Program-made: the position numbers and the translations under genes
The notes under the pieces: generated by a model
Told to the model about the DNA's origin: nothing
The model's input: only the letters and a program-made list of their open reading frames with translations
The model's database searches: none
Shown: in pieces, positions 1-10,222 of the stretch
How the letters are laid out: each line of letters begins with the position of its first letter
How positions within the stretch are numbered: position 1 is the first letter of the stretch
Assembly (NCBI GenBank): GCA_963726195.1
Contig: CAVSBO010000018.1
Coordinates: 32,001 to 96,000, forward strand
Direction: 5' to 3'
Source of the DNA: Candidatus Thorarchaeota archaeon
GTDB lineage: Archaea; Asgardarchaeota; Thorarchaeia; Thorarchaeales; Thorarchaeaceae
Length of the DNA: 64,000 bases

Positions 1-22
1 GTTCCGCGTTCGAGGACTACGA

Positions 23-209
23 ATGCGTTCTCATCGCAGTGCACTTGCCGGAAAAACTGGTGGACGACATACAACGTCTGGTTGACAATGGTCTCTACCC
101 GAACCGTTCAGAAACGATTCGAATCGCCATCCGAGACCTTCTGAAGAGAGAACTCTGGGTGCACGGCAATGAAGTACGCGAACTGCCGGGCGAGGCTTCC
201 AAACAATGA
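23..209 (+). CDS. CopG/ribbon-helix-helix transcriptional regulator (CdrS-like), apparent 1-nt insertion after codon 2
   Basis: Manual translation gives LIAVHLPEKLVDDIQRLVDNGLYPNRSETIRIAIRDLLKRELW..., an RHH signature (YxNRSExIRxAIR). Stop TGA 207-209 overlaps the ftsZ ATG (ATGA). ATG at 23 is out of frame by one base. Confidence 0.8.
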
Positions 210-1477
210 AGTCACTGGTCGATGATGCAAGGGAACATATCCGCGGAGAGCGGAGCGTGTCAACGGGTCGCGACATGGGACAGGCCAGGATTGTCGTTAT
301 TGGATGTGGTGGAGCAGGAAACAACACCATCAAGCGGCTCATGACCATCGGAGTCCAAGGTGCCGAGTGCATTGCCATTAACACTGACCGGCAGCACTTG
401 GCAGTCACAACTGCTCATCGCAAGTTGTTGATTGGCGAAAGGATTACGCGAGGACTTGGTGCTGGCGGTAATCCACATGTGGGTCAAGCCGCAGCCGAAG
501 ACTCTATTCCGCAGATTACAGAGTTGCTTCGAGACGCGGACCTGGTTTTTATCACAGCGGGCATGGGCGGAGGCACGGGCACCGGGAGTGCGCCAGTCGT
601 CGCCGAGATTGCAAAGAAGAATGATGCAATAGTTGTGGGCGTAGTGACAATGCCCTTTGAGTTGGAGAGAACACGCATAGACAAGGCAAAGGTTGGACTG
701 GCTCGCCTGCAGGAAAACGCCGACACTGTGGTTGTGATTGACAATCAGAAGCTCATGGAACTCGTCCCAGATCTTCCTCTTGAAGAGGCCTTTGGGGTTG
801 CAGACGAGGTGCTTGCAGGTATGGTGAAAGGCATCACGGAAACCATAACCATGCCTAGCCTGATCAATCTGGATTATGCAGACGTCCGGTCGATAATATG
901 CAATGGCGGGGTTGCTCTTGTCGGACTAGGTGAAGCGACTGGTCAGAATCGTTCCGAGACCGCCATCCAGAACGCGTTGAATAGCCCGCTGCTAGAAGTT
1001 GACTGGAATGGAGCAACCGGTGCATTGATTCATATCACGGGCGGCCCCGACATGTCCCTAGCAGAGGCTAACAATGTGGGGGAGATGATATCTCGGAAGA
1101 TGAGTGTCGACGCCAATGTGATTTGGGGTGCTCGTGTTGATCCTCGCCTGACTGGGATGTTGCGCGTGATGCTGATACTCACGGGTGTCAAGAGCCCACA
1201 GTTGCTTCCTCGATCCAAAGAGGAAAGACCGGTTGCCCCCGGCCGGAGGAATCTCGGAGACCTAGGCGTTCTTCCGTCTCAAGCTGGCTCCATAGATCCT
1301 CGGAAGATTAAGGAAGAATTCAGAGCCCTTGGCAAGATTCCTGCATACCCACGTCAGGGGTCGTGGGAGGACCGGCTCAAGCCGATTGACAAGCGGCAGC
1401 ACGAGCACGGATCGGAACGAGACTCTGCCGAGAAGAAGAAGAACTTGGACGAGCTTGGCCTGCGAAGGCTCCTATGA
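206..1477 (+). CDS. ftsZ: Cell division protein FtsZ
   Basis: Motifs GCGGAGNN, GLGAGGNP, tubulin signature GMGGGTGTG and INLDYADV. Confidence 0.98.
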   Translation: MKSLVDDAREHIRGERSVSTGRDMGQARIVVIGCGGAGNNTIKRLMTIGVQGAECIAINTDRQHLAVTTAHRKLLIGERITRGLGAGGNPHVGQAAAEDSIPQITELLRDADLVFITAGMGGGTGTGSAPVVAEIAKKNDAIVVGVVTMPFELERTRIDKAKVGLARLQENADTVVVIDNQKLMELVPDLPLEEAFGVADEVLAGMVKGITETITMPSLINLDYADVRSIICNGGVALVGLGEATGQNRSETAIQNALNSPLLEVDWNGATGALIHITGGPDMSLAEANNVGEMISRKMSVDANVIWGARVDPRLTGMLRVMLILTGVKSPQLLPRSKEERPVAPGRRNLGDLGVLPSQAGSIDPRKIKEEFRALGKIPAYPRQGSWEDRLKPIDKRQHEHGSERDSAEKKKNLDELGLRRLL

Positions 1478-1592
1478 ATGATGCCACGAGCGTAGCTCAA
1501 ATTTGTCCTAAGAAGTCAGACGCCACACTATCTGATTTGATTACATCTATATCTCACTAGAGCTGAGGGAAATCTCTGTCTCGGACTTAGTG

Positions 1593-2048
1593 TCACTCCG
1601 TCTTGCCTGTTTTGCTCTCAAGACCGTGCTCTGTCATCCAGTCTTTGGCTATCGCAGCAACACGTTCGTAAAGTGGACCTGAACCGTCTACGCCTTCAGG
1701 TGTAATGCGTATCTTGTTCATGACGACGATTACCTGTGTATCTGGGAAGTAGCGAACTCCTCCCGGTGGGAAATTCGTCTCAATCTTCTTGGCAAGTCCT
1801 TCTAGACTGATTTCCTTCTCCGCGACGGAAAACGACACAATGCTGCCGCCGTATATGAAAATCTTGGGTATATTCTGTTCCTCACCCTGTATGGTCACGT
1901 CCGACAGCACTATGCTCAAAGTCGCCTGATCGAATCCTTTCAAAGTACCCGTGTATGTCTTCCCTGTAGTCGTGGTCACGTTGATGGTCGACCCGACCAC
2001 AGAAGCAACCTCACGGTTGAAGGCTCTCATTGCTGTGGCATCTGACAT
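1593..2048 (-). CDS. Sm/Lsm-family RNA-binding protein with C-terminal extension (SmAP3-like)
   Basis: Sm1 motif (VTTTTGKTYTGTLKGFDQATLSIVLSDV) and Sm2-like IFIYGGSIV, followed by an Lsm_C-like domain. SD-like AGGTGA upstream. Confidence 0.85.
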   Translation of the reverse strand: MSDATAMRAFNREVASVVGSTINVTTTTGKTYTGTLKGFDQATLSIVLSDVTIQGEEQNIPKIFIYGGSIVSFSVAEKEISLEGLAKKIETNFPPGGVRYFPDTQVIVVMNKIRITPEGVDGSGPLYERVAAIAKDWMTEHGLESKTGKTE

Positions 2049-2254
2049 CTCTAATCACCTTCAAGAGGTAATACTAGAACGAGCCATCCCTATGCCGTTG
2101 TCTTAAAAGTGATGCTCCCTGTCAGCGATTGTCCCGCGTAGCTCATGGATGAGCTCCCGCGGTGCATACGGACCGTCCAATCGTGTTGCCGCGTAACAAT
2201 AGGTTATTAGCCCTACACTGAGTCAATCCCTACGGCCGAGGTGACTGATACAGC

Positions 2255-3094
2255 TTGACCACTTCTGCAAGGCACTTTGCTCTTCAGTACATCCGTGAAG
2301 AAGCACTTCCCACACCCTTTTGCCCAGGATGCGGCAATGGAACAATCATGAACGTCTTTCTCAAAGCAGTGAAGGACTTGGGGCATGAAGATCTCAGGGG
2401 GTTCGCATTCGTCTCAGGAATCGGATGTGCCTCGTGGACCATTTCTCCTCACTTTCTTGCAGATACGCTGCACACGACACATGGCCGTGCGCTTGCCTTT
2501 GCTACTGGATTGAAGCTTGCTCGCCCCGAGCTCAAAGTGGTTGTAATAAGCGGCGATGGCGACTTGGCTGCAATAGGAGGCAATCATCTCATCCATGCCG
2601 CACGCCGCAATATCGACATGACCGTGATATGCAGCAACAACTACAACTACGGAATGACAGGCGGCCAAGTTGGCCCGACCACTTTCACAGGCGATAGAAC
2701 AACGACGAGCCCCTATGGTAACCCTGAGCGGCCTTTCGATTTGGCACGGCTCGTGGCCGCGGCTGGTGCGAACTATGTTGCCCGGTGGACAACTGCTCAC
2801 CCAATTCAAGCCTCACGATCCATCAAGAAGGCGCTTGAACGCAAAGGATTCTCTTTCATTGAAATGCTCAGTCAATGCCCGACTTCGTATGGTCGTCGGG
2901 TCAAGATGCCAGCTCCTACGGACATGCTCCAATGGTTCAAGACTCTGCCTGTGAAGAAACCCGATACTCCAATCGAGTACATGGTTCCCACGAAGGAAGG
3001 ACAGGATCTGGGAGAGTTCGTTGATAGGGAAGAGATGGACTATGCCGAAGCCCTGAAGCAAATGGCTGCACGCATAGGAGGCAAGTCAGAGTGA
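2255..3094 (+). CDS. 2-oxoacid:ferredoxin oxidoreductase beta subunit
   Basis: FCPGCG, SGIGC, HGRA, TPP motif GDGD...NN, GMTGGQ. Confidence 0.95.
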   Translation: MTTSARHFALQYIREEALPTPFCPGCGNGTIMNVFLKAVKDLGHEDLRGFAFVSGIGCASWTISPHFLADTLHTTHGRALAFATGLKLARPELKVVVISGDGDLAAIGGNHLIHAARRNIDMTVICSNNYNYGMTGGQVGPTTFTGDRTTTSPYGNPERPFDLARLVAAAGANYVARWTTAHPIQASRSIKKALERKGFSFIEMLSQCPTSYGRRVKMPAPTDMLQWFKTLPVKKPDTPIEYMVPTKEGQDLGEFVDREEMDYAEALKQMAARIGGKSE

Positions 3095-3618
3095 GGGTGG
3101 AAATACGCATCGCAGGCACTGGTGGGATGGGAGTCGTTCTTGCCGGTGTGCTTGTTGGTCATGCGGCAGTGGTCCACGCGGGTCTTGATGCCATTCAGAC
3201 ACAGAGTTATGGTTCTGAGGCGCGAGGAACTGATGCCAAGAGCGAGGTAATCGTAAGCGACCGGCCCATACATTATCCCAAGGTCCTGAAGGCAGACTAT
3301 AGCGTATTGATGTCACAGAAGGCTTTCGACACGAATATTGACGGAGCCAAGCGGGGGAGCACGGTCATCATTGATCCAGACTTGGTGAACGCTGAGGACT
3401 CCACCGCGGAGTACAGCATTGTGCCCGTGAAAGCAATGAGCATCGCTGACGGTCTTGGTCAGCGGGTGGTCTCAAATATGGTGATGCTGGGTGCTCTAGT
3501 GAAGATGTCTGGAGTCTTTCCGATTGAAGCACTTGAGAAGGCCATGGCCGACATGTTGCCCGCCAAGGCACAGGCACTTAACCTGCAAGCCGTGCATGCC
3601 GGTTGCGATCAGGTCTAA
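3091..3618 (+). CDS. 2-oxoacid:ferredoxin oxidoreductase gamma subunit
   Basis: IRIAGTGGMG, YGSEARG and NMVMLGA motifs. GTGA overlap with the beta gene. Confidence 0.93.
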   Translation: MRVEIRIAGTGGMGVVLAGVLVGHAAVVHAGLDAIQTQSYGSEARGTDAKSEVIVSDRPIHYPKVLKADYSVLMSQKAFDTNIDGAKRGSTVIIDPDLVNAEDSTAEYSIVPVKAMSIADGLGQRVVSNMVMLGALVKMSGVFPIEALEKAMADMLPAKAQALNLQAVHAGCDQV

Positions 3619-3917
3619 CCACCGTGCACTAGAGGAAGTATGACTACGCTATCTCCGTTGCTAAGAGGAGTCTGAAGGCCGCCGGTCAGTTCCACATCTA
3701 CCCCATTCCGAAGCAATAGGGTGTTCTGGTTGACTTGTTCAGGGCTAGACCATACCCCTCTGACTTCCTCTCTAGCGTCAATGAGCCTCTGCAGCAATTC
3801 ACGCAAACTGACGTTGCCCTCGAAATCCAAGCTAGTCTCAGTCATGCCCATTCTTCCGGCAATTGGCCCCCTGAACCTAACGCTGATTCTCATGGCAATC
3901 GCCCTCACATATGGCAT
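3615..3917 (-). CDS. MoaD/ThiS/SAMP ubiquitin-like small modifier
   Basis: Beta-grasp size, ends GDSVVILPLVHGG with a C-terminal di-glycine. Confidence 0.9.
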   Translation of the reverse strand: MPYVRAIAMRISVRFRGPIAGRMGMTETSLDFEGNVSLRELLQRLIDAREEVRGVWSSPEQVNQNTLLLRNGVDVELTGGLQTPLSNGDSVVILPLVHGG

Positions 3918-3960
3918 CTTGAAGATAAAAGAATCAAGTTACCTTGCAAACGGGCAATCT

Positions 3961-4920
3961 CTAGCCAATCGCCAAGGACTGCTTCAGAACATCAGGGTTC
4001 ACTCGTCCAGCTTTGAGTGTTCTGCCGCTGGTTACGTCATTGACAGTGATTTCAGCAGGGCCCAACAGAGCGGGATCTAGTTTGTCAAGATCAAATGCGA
4101 CTGACTTGAGGATGTTGTAGAGGGGCCGCCCGTATGCTGACGATGCGGATGATGAAGCTCTTTCCACCAAGGCGTCTAGATTATCGCTCTCATCTGCCTT
4201 TACGAAGAAGAAGACTTTTCCACCATAAAGAATGCAATCATTGGCCATGCCCGTCGCTTTGTTGCTGTCCTTGTTGACCGGAGCGACCGGAGCGATACCA
4301 TGACCCGTCCTAATCCCTGCTGGTTCGAATCCAAGGGTCATGAGTCTGTATACACCGGTATCGACCACTCTTGCAGACATCACCAAACAACCAGCAATAC
4401 TCGTAGTAGGCGCAAGAATGCAGTAGAGATCAGTTGCGGAGATGCCGCACGAATCCGCAATTGATTGTGTGACGCTATCGGAAGGAGGTTCCCTTGTTTC
4501 TAGGCAGATTACTCCAACTCTGGAATCATCCCTGTAATCCAGCCTATCAAACAGCTCTCTCTCGGCACTTGCCAATGCCCTTGCGGGACCGGAGCATCTT
4601 GCGACGTGTTCACCAATCCTAATCTCCCAACCAGCATGCTGCGAGCCCAGCGTAGCAAGCTTGGGCTGGTCCGTCCCGACGACCACCGAGGGCAGAGTCA
4701 TGTCTCCTATGTGCATACTAGTGACTCTCACTGCTCCGAGTCCTCCTAGACAAGCTTCGGCACAAAGTCGGCCTGCTTCGATTCCGCCAGGCACCTTTAT
4801 TCCCGCATCAATCAAAGTTGTCCCGTTGGCCTGTACAGTCACTGCACATTGGAGTTTGTCTTTTCTGTCTATGATTTCCTGGACGATTTCCATGGCTTGC
4901 TCGTTGATGCTCGTCCTCAA
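3961..4920 (-). CDS. mch: Methenyltetrahydromethanopterin cyclohydrolase (or paralog)
   Basis: CLGGL, LGSQxAGW, SGPARAL, APTTSIAG, NDCILYGG and YGRP motifs of Mch. Confidence 0.88.
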   Translation of the reverse strand: MRTSINEQAMEIVQEIIDRKDKLQCAVTVQANGTTLIDAGIKVPGGIEAGRLCAEACLGGLGAVRVTSMHIGDMTLPSVVVGTDQPKLATLGSQHAGWEIRIGEHVARCSGPARALASAERELFDRLDYRDDSRVGVICLETREPPSDSVTQSIADSCGISATDLYCILAPTTSIAGCLVMSARVVDTGVYRLMTLGFEPAGIRTGHGIAPVAPVNKDSNKATGMANDCILYGGKVFFFVKADESDNLDALVERASSSASSAYGRPLYNILKSVAFDLDKLDPALLGPAEITVNDVTSGRTLKAGRVNPDVLKQSLAIG

Positions 4921-4924
4921 TTAG

Positions 4925-5653
4925 TCAGTCCCCTACTACGGTCATTCTGCGGCTGAGCTTCTTCAGAACTCTTCGAGCTTTTGTGGCCACCGAGCTTATC
5001 TCACTGAGAGTGTAGGGCTTCACGAACTCCACAGCAGCGGACACAGTCTCTCTTCTTCCTTTGAAAACCTCCATTGCATCGATGATGAAACCAACCCTGT
5101 TGCCGGGGAACTTGTCCTTGGACGCAATGAGAGTCTTCTGTATCCTTCCTGCTTCATCCGGGAATGCTGCCGCGATTTTCGAAAGAGCCCTAACCGAGTG
5201 CCCTTGTAGAACTATGCTCTTATCGCTGAGAAAAGCGCTCATTGAGCCGATTGCGGATTTGACTTTGCGGTCTTTGTCAGCCTTAGCCATGTTACCAACG
5301 GTGCAGACCGCTTCCCAGCGGAGAACTGGTTCCTTTGCAGCAAGGTTAGCCAAGAACAGATCGAGATATGGAAGCAAGAGATCCGGGCTCACCTCCGATA
5401 CTAATGATGCAATCTCCGCACAACCACTCTGAACTCTAGTGATGTCTGACTGCAGGCCGGCAACAATCGCATCAACATATGCAGAAGGATCCTTCGATAT
5501 GTACAGGGTGAAGATATCCTTCGGCCGAGTGCCATCTTCCCATTTTCCAGCAAGAATCCTGTGGATATCCTTGACAGCCACCGCGTTCGCACTTCCGTTT
5601 GCATCGAGGACGTAGTCATGCATGCACTCCTGTATAGAGGTTTGTCCCAGCAC
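4925..5653 (-). CDS. HEAT/ARM-like repeat protein
   Basis: Helical repeats (EPVLRWEAVCTVGNMA, DKSIVLQGHSVRALSKIA). Confidence 0.65.
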   Translation of the reverse strand: MLGQTSIQECMHDYVLDANGSANAVAVKDIHRILAGKWEDGTRPKDIFTLYISKDPSAYVDAIVAGLQSDITRVQSGCAEIASLVSEVSPDLLLPYLDLFLANLAAKEPVLRWEAVCTVGNMAKADKDRKVKSAIGSMSAFLSDKSIVLQGHSVRALSKIAAAFPDEAGRIQKTLIASKDKFPGNRVGFIIDAMEVFKGRRETVSAAVEFVKPYTLSEISSVATKARRVLKKLSRRMTVVGD

Positions 5654-5734
5654 AAATGACGAAACGTTTATCTCTCGTCATAAGGCCAACAGCGCGGAAA
5701 ATGCGTCTGCCGGGCGATAGACGCATTCATGAAC

Positions 5735-5809
5735 GCCCGAGTAGCTCAGTGGAAGATCGCCTGCTTGGTAAGCAGGAAGTCGCGGGTCCGATCCCCGCCT
5801 CGGGCTCCA
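5735..5809 (+). tRNA. tRNA-Thr(GGT)
   Basis: Acceptor GCCCGAG/CTCGGGC, anticodon arm CCTGC-TTGGTAA-GCAGG, T arm GCGGG-TCCGATC-CCCGC, encoded CCA. Confidence 0.95.
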
Positions 5810-5867
5810 TATTCTCATTCTAGACTTCTGGGTGTTGCAGCGGCATTAGGGATTCCGTCGATTAGAA

Positions 5868-6110
5868 CTAGTCCTCTCGCAATCGGTCTTCTTGTATTGG
5901 TCGTCTCCTAGTTGTCCGACGTTTGGAAACCAAGCGCTTTGCTTCCTCTGGGCCTAGAATCTCTGTCAGGCGTTCCATGGCAGCGGGGTCATCTATTCTC
6001 TCCAACCAGCCGTCAATCTCTTTCTGAAGTGCGGGAGACAAATCCTTCGAGAGTTTCTTGGCTCTGTTCTTCCGGTCCAGCCCGAAGTCGTCAGGTCCTA
6101 GTAGGCTCAT
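5868..6110 (-). CDS. Small hypothetical protein
   Basis: 80-aa ATG ORF with protein-like charged helical composition. No recognised motif. Confidence 0.5.
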   Translation of the reverse strand: MSLLGPDDFGLDRKNRAKKLSKDLSPALQKEIDGWLERIDDPAAMERLTEILGPEEAKRLVSKRRTTRRRPIQEDRLRED

Positions 6111-6310
6111 CTGTTACCGTCGAATGCTGTCGCAGCGAACAGTTATGGCTTTTCGCCCGAGGGGAGTTGACATTCGTCTCGATGTCGAACGATGCCGACA
6201 CAAGCATGTCTGGTATTCCAATCAGATAGTCTCTTCTGATAGCCTCCAAAAAGGTCCCCTCGTAATCGACAAAAGGAGCTTTGCATTGACCATGTCTGGA
6301 GTGTCCGAAG

Positions 6311-8697
6311 TTGCATGAAGCCCTTGGCCGAGTCATCCACTCAGGCCGTCGTGACAACGCTTTCGAGTTCTTCTGTGAGAACGGTAAAGCAAGAATAACG
6401 ATAGTAGGACCCAAGGTCATAAGAGTTCAGGCTGCTAGAGACGGCGAGTACAGGCATCACGATTCATTCGCCAGAGTGCCTTATGAAGAGCAGGTCTCAG
6501 TCAGACAAGAGGGGTCTGCGCAACAGATCAATCTCGTTGCTGAACATTTCAGCGCGAAAGTGTTGCTCAACCCGTTTGGTTTAGAGATTCTAGATTCGTG
6601 GGGGAACATGCTTCAAGATGATGCATCTGACGGCGGACTGGTCTGGGATGGCACTCGCTTCGAATGCAGAAAACACGTGCTCGGTGAGGAGCATTTCTAC
6701 GGCCTCGGTGAGAAGGCTCACGGGTTGGATAAGAAAGGACTGCACTTGGAAATGTGGAACACTGACAACGGAGACTATGATTCCGCATCCGACCCACTGT
6801 ATCAGAGCATTCCTTTCTTCATCGTGTTGAACAGAGACATAGCATTTGGCGTCTTCCTAGACAATACGTACCATACAGAGTTCGATTTCGGTCATCAGGA
6901 CCCTGACATCTACTCGTTCGGCGCGCCGGACGGCCCGCTGGATTATTACATATTGATTGGCCCCAAGATTGCTGACATAATTGATGAATACACTTCGCTT
7001 ACCGGGAGGCCTTGTTTCATACCACGATGGGGACTTGGCCATCAGCAGTCGCGTTTCATGACCTACGAGAGTGAAGACGACATTCTCAGCATAGGGCGCG
7101 AGCTTCGTAACCGAAGGATTCCGTGTGACACACTCGTGCTTGACATCGAGCATATGGACGGATATCGCGTATTCACTTGGAATCAGAAAGTGTTCCCCAA
7201 CCCGAAGGCATTCACTGCCAAGCTAGCAAGAATGGGTTTCAAAACCATGACCATCATCGATCCCGGAGTGAAGCTAGAGAACGGGTTCTCTATGTACGAC
7301 GAAGGAATGGAGGCAGGGCACTTCTTAGAGAAGAAGGACGGGTCGACCTACGTTGGGCTAGTTTGGCCCGGTGAAACTGTGTTTCCAGATTTCTCTCGTT
7401 CCGAGGTGAGAGAGTGGTTCAGTTCGAAATACGGTGCGCTCGCGGAATGTGGCACGAGTAATAGCAGTTGGATTGATATGAATGAACCTAGCAACTGCAT
7501 CTATGATGGCCTGAAGGCCGACTACTCCATGACTGATGTAGTAGATGGCGAAGGCAACCTCTGGGAGCCACGCCTGCGCAATGTCTATGCTCTCGGAATG
7601 GCAGTTGCAGTCTTCGACGGTTTGAGAGAAGCTTTCCCTAAGAAGAGACCGTTCATACTGACCCGGTCCGGTTTTGCGGGATACCAGCGCTATGCCGCAT
7701 CATGGACAGGCGACAACCACTCAACCTGGCCAATGCTTTGGCTTTCGATTCCCATGCTCCTTGGTCTTGGCTTGTCAGGAGTACCATTCTGCGGCGCTGA
7801 CATCGGAGGTTTCGGCGGAGATACTTCGCCCGACTCTTGGCCCGCTGGTATCAGCTCGGGGCCTTCTATCCGTTCTCTCGCAATCACTCCGATTTCAGAT
7901 CGATAAGACAAGAACCTTGGGTGTTTGGTGAGAACACGGAGCGTGTTGCACGAGAGTCCATTTCGCTCCGCTACCAATTGTTAAGGTACCTGTATTCCCT
8001 CGCAAAGATTGCGAGCACGGTTGGTCTCCCTATCATGCGCCCATTGATACTTGAATTCCAAGATGATCCTGCTACCTTCGAACTTGATACGCAATTCATG
8101 ATAGGGCCATTCATGATGATAGCCCCTGTTCTTGAGGAAGGTGCAAATTCACGTGAAGTCTACTTCCCTCGTGGGATTTGGTACGACTTTTGGGCAGATG
8201 CTACTGTCAAGGGGCCACAGAGTCTGAAAGTGAACGCACCGCTCGACAGAATTCCCATATACATGAGAGAAGGGTCTATCATACCAGTGGGTCGTATTGT
8301 CCAGAATAGCGATGAAGACCAAGGCGATCTCGTTCTGTGGGTGTACCCCGGTACCGCTAGCAGCATCAGGCTCTACGAGGATGATGGAATATCCGACGCA
8401 GGACCTTCTGCTGAGACCATGATTCTACAGGAATCTACTAGTAACAGCGTAGTCATAACTGTCAACAAGAGGGTTGGCACCTGGAAACCAACAAAGCGTT
8501 CGGTGGTGATTGAGTTGCGCGGACTCGCAACACTGCCCAAATCCATCAACATCGATGGCAGGCGCAGTGCGCAAGTCGAATCATCGGCGGAATTTGAAAC
8601 GCTGAAGTACGGGTCGTACTACGATTCCATACAACACCGCTGCTATGCGAAATTCCCCGATGATGGTTCAGCTCACAACGTCAGGATTGGCGTTTGA
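6311..8697 (+). CDS. Glycoside hydrolase family 31 (alpha-glucosidase-like), frameshifted near 7830
   Basis: YGLGEK, WIDMNEP nucleophile, WTGDN and GADIGGF in ORF 6311-7906. ARWYQLGAFYPFSRNH and GLPIMRPL continue in ORF 7837-8697. Confidence 0.93.
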
Positions 8698-8742
8698 TAT
8701 CCCGTCATTCTTATAACTTGAACAAGCCAACAGCGACGCCGC

Positions 8743-8852
8743 GGGTCGGTAGTCTAGCTTGGCTATAGTGGCTTTGCCTCACACAGGCCAGCGGCTAAGA
8801 TTCTTGGTTTGGGTCCAAGAGATCGCCGGTTCAAATCCGGCCCGGCCCACCA
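8743..8852 (+). tRNA. tRNA-Pro(TGG) with ~32-nt intron at a non-canonical D-arm position (~8767-8798)
   Basis: Acceptor GGGTCGG/CCGGCCC, anticodon arm CTTGG-TTTGGGT-CCAAG, T arm GCCGG-TTCAAAT-CCGGC, CCA. An extra hairpin lies within the D arm. Confidence 0.92.
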
Positions 8853-9055
8853 AATACCATAACTCCTTCTTTGCCACACGGGGTCGTATGAATGCTTTTC
8901 GGTTCGTTTCAAGATGTACTTGGTGCCGTACGGCGGTGACCGCCTTTGGAATCGGTCCGTCCTGCAGGTCTGAAAAACCAAGTTCTCCGTAATCGTCGAC
9001 CATCACAAGGGCTGTTTTCATCCAGAATCGGTGAAGTGGAGTCAAGAACTGCTTT

Positions 9056-10057
9056 TTGCGTATTCAGAATGCGTTCAGTCGCCAAGTTCTTGAATGCCTT
9101 CGGGCGATGCGCTCATATGAGCAGATTTCCTCGATGTATCTCGAGGGTGTGCACTCGGTGGCTCAGGCCGCTCCGGAGGTTGCGTTTGCTGTCAGCGTAT
9201 TGGGTTTGGATGTGCTTGTATTTGGCACTGCGATACTCCTGTCGGCATTTGGCACCTCAGAGTTTGTGTATGCAGTTAGCGCATGGAGCGTACTAATCAT
9301 AGGGTTAGGCGTCGTAGTAGTATTGTTAGGACTTGCTACGAAAGAAAGAGAAGACATTGCCAAGAGAAGATTGTTGACCAAAGCGGGTCTCGTCCTTTCC
9401 GGGCTCATGATTATCGTAACTCCGTCTTCATTGCTCATGTATTGGAGAGGGATGTGGCTTTCCCCCCTGGACTGGCGCTTCTGGTCTTTCGGGATTGCAG
9501 TGGGTTGGCTTCACCTGTTGCTGTTGGCCCTATTTGCTGCAATCGGAGGTTCGATCATTGAGCGAGCGCGATTATCAACATACCTCGAAGGTGTGCATTC
9601 GAAGATGCACAGTACTTCGGAACTTGTGCTTACTGCTGCCCTAATGAGCCTGCTAGTGCTCGTCTTCGGCACTGCAATAATGTTGTCGGCTGATAGTCTG
9701 AATTTCATGCGTGCTGTCAGCGTATTCACCGTGCTAGTGGTGGGATTCTGTGCCGGAGTGCTCTTGTTGGTACTTGGTTACAGGAAGAGAGGAGACATCG
9801 TTATGAGTAGACTGCTGACCAAAGCAGGTCTTGTCCTTTGTGGGCTCATGATTACTGTAACTCCACTTTCATTATACGAGTACTTGGCATTTCGGATTTA
9901 CCCCTTCTCGGGGTGGGGAGACTGGAGGGTTGAGGGTGCTCCAATGACATTGTTCAGTTGGCTGATAGTGGCCCTATTTGCCGTACTTGGAGGGACCATT
10001 ATTCAGCGAGCTCAGTCTGCACAGGAAAAGGCCAAGCCAGATAAGCCTGCTGAGTAG
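9056..10057 (+). CDS. Multi-pass membrane protein of two tandem ~150-aa repeats (likely start GTG 9158)
   Basis: Hydrophobic segments with the internal repeat DIxxRRLLTKAGLVLxGLMIxVTP twice. Paralog of 10223-11236. Confidence 0.8.
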   Translation: MRIQNAFSRQVLECLRAMRSYEQISSMYLEGVHSVAQAAPEVAFAVSVLGLDVLVFGTAILLSAFGTSEFVYAVSAWSVLIIGLGVVVVLLGLATKEREDIAKRRLLTKAGLVLSGLMIIVTPSSLLMYWRGMWLSPLDWRFWSFGIAVGWLHLLLLALFAAIGGSIIERARLSTYLEGVHSKMHSTSELVLTAALMSLLVLVFGTAIMLSADSLNFMRAVSVFTVLVVGFCAGVLLLVLGYRKRGDIVMSRLLTKAGLVLCGLMITVTPLSLYEYLAFRIYPFSGWGDWRVEGAPMTLFSWLIVALFAVLGGTIIQRAQSAQEKAKPDKPAE

Positions 10058-10222
10058 CGCTATTCATTCCCTGTCTTGCGGGATTCGTCTGCGGAGCAGA
10101 ATGGTGCAGTTGAAACGGTATCCACTTGGGAACCCAGAGAGAGCGTCTTGATGGTTGCCCCTCACGAGCTCGCACCCGAAAGACGGACCTGTTTAGTTCA
10201 TGGCTAGCTCAACCCTCGAACA

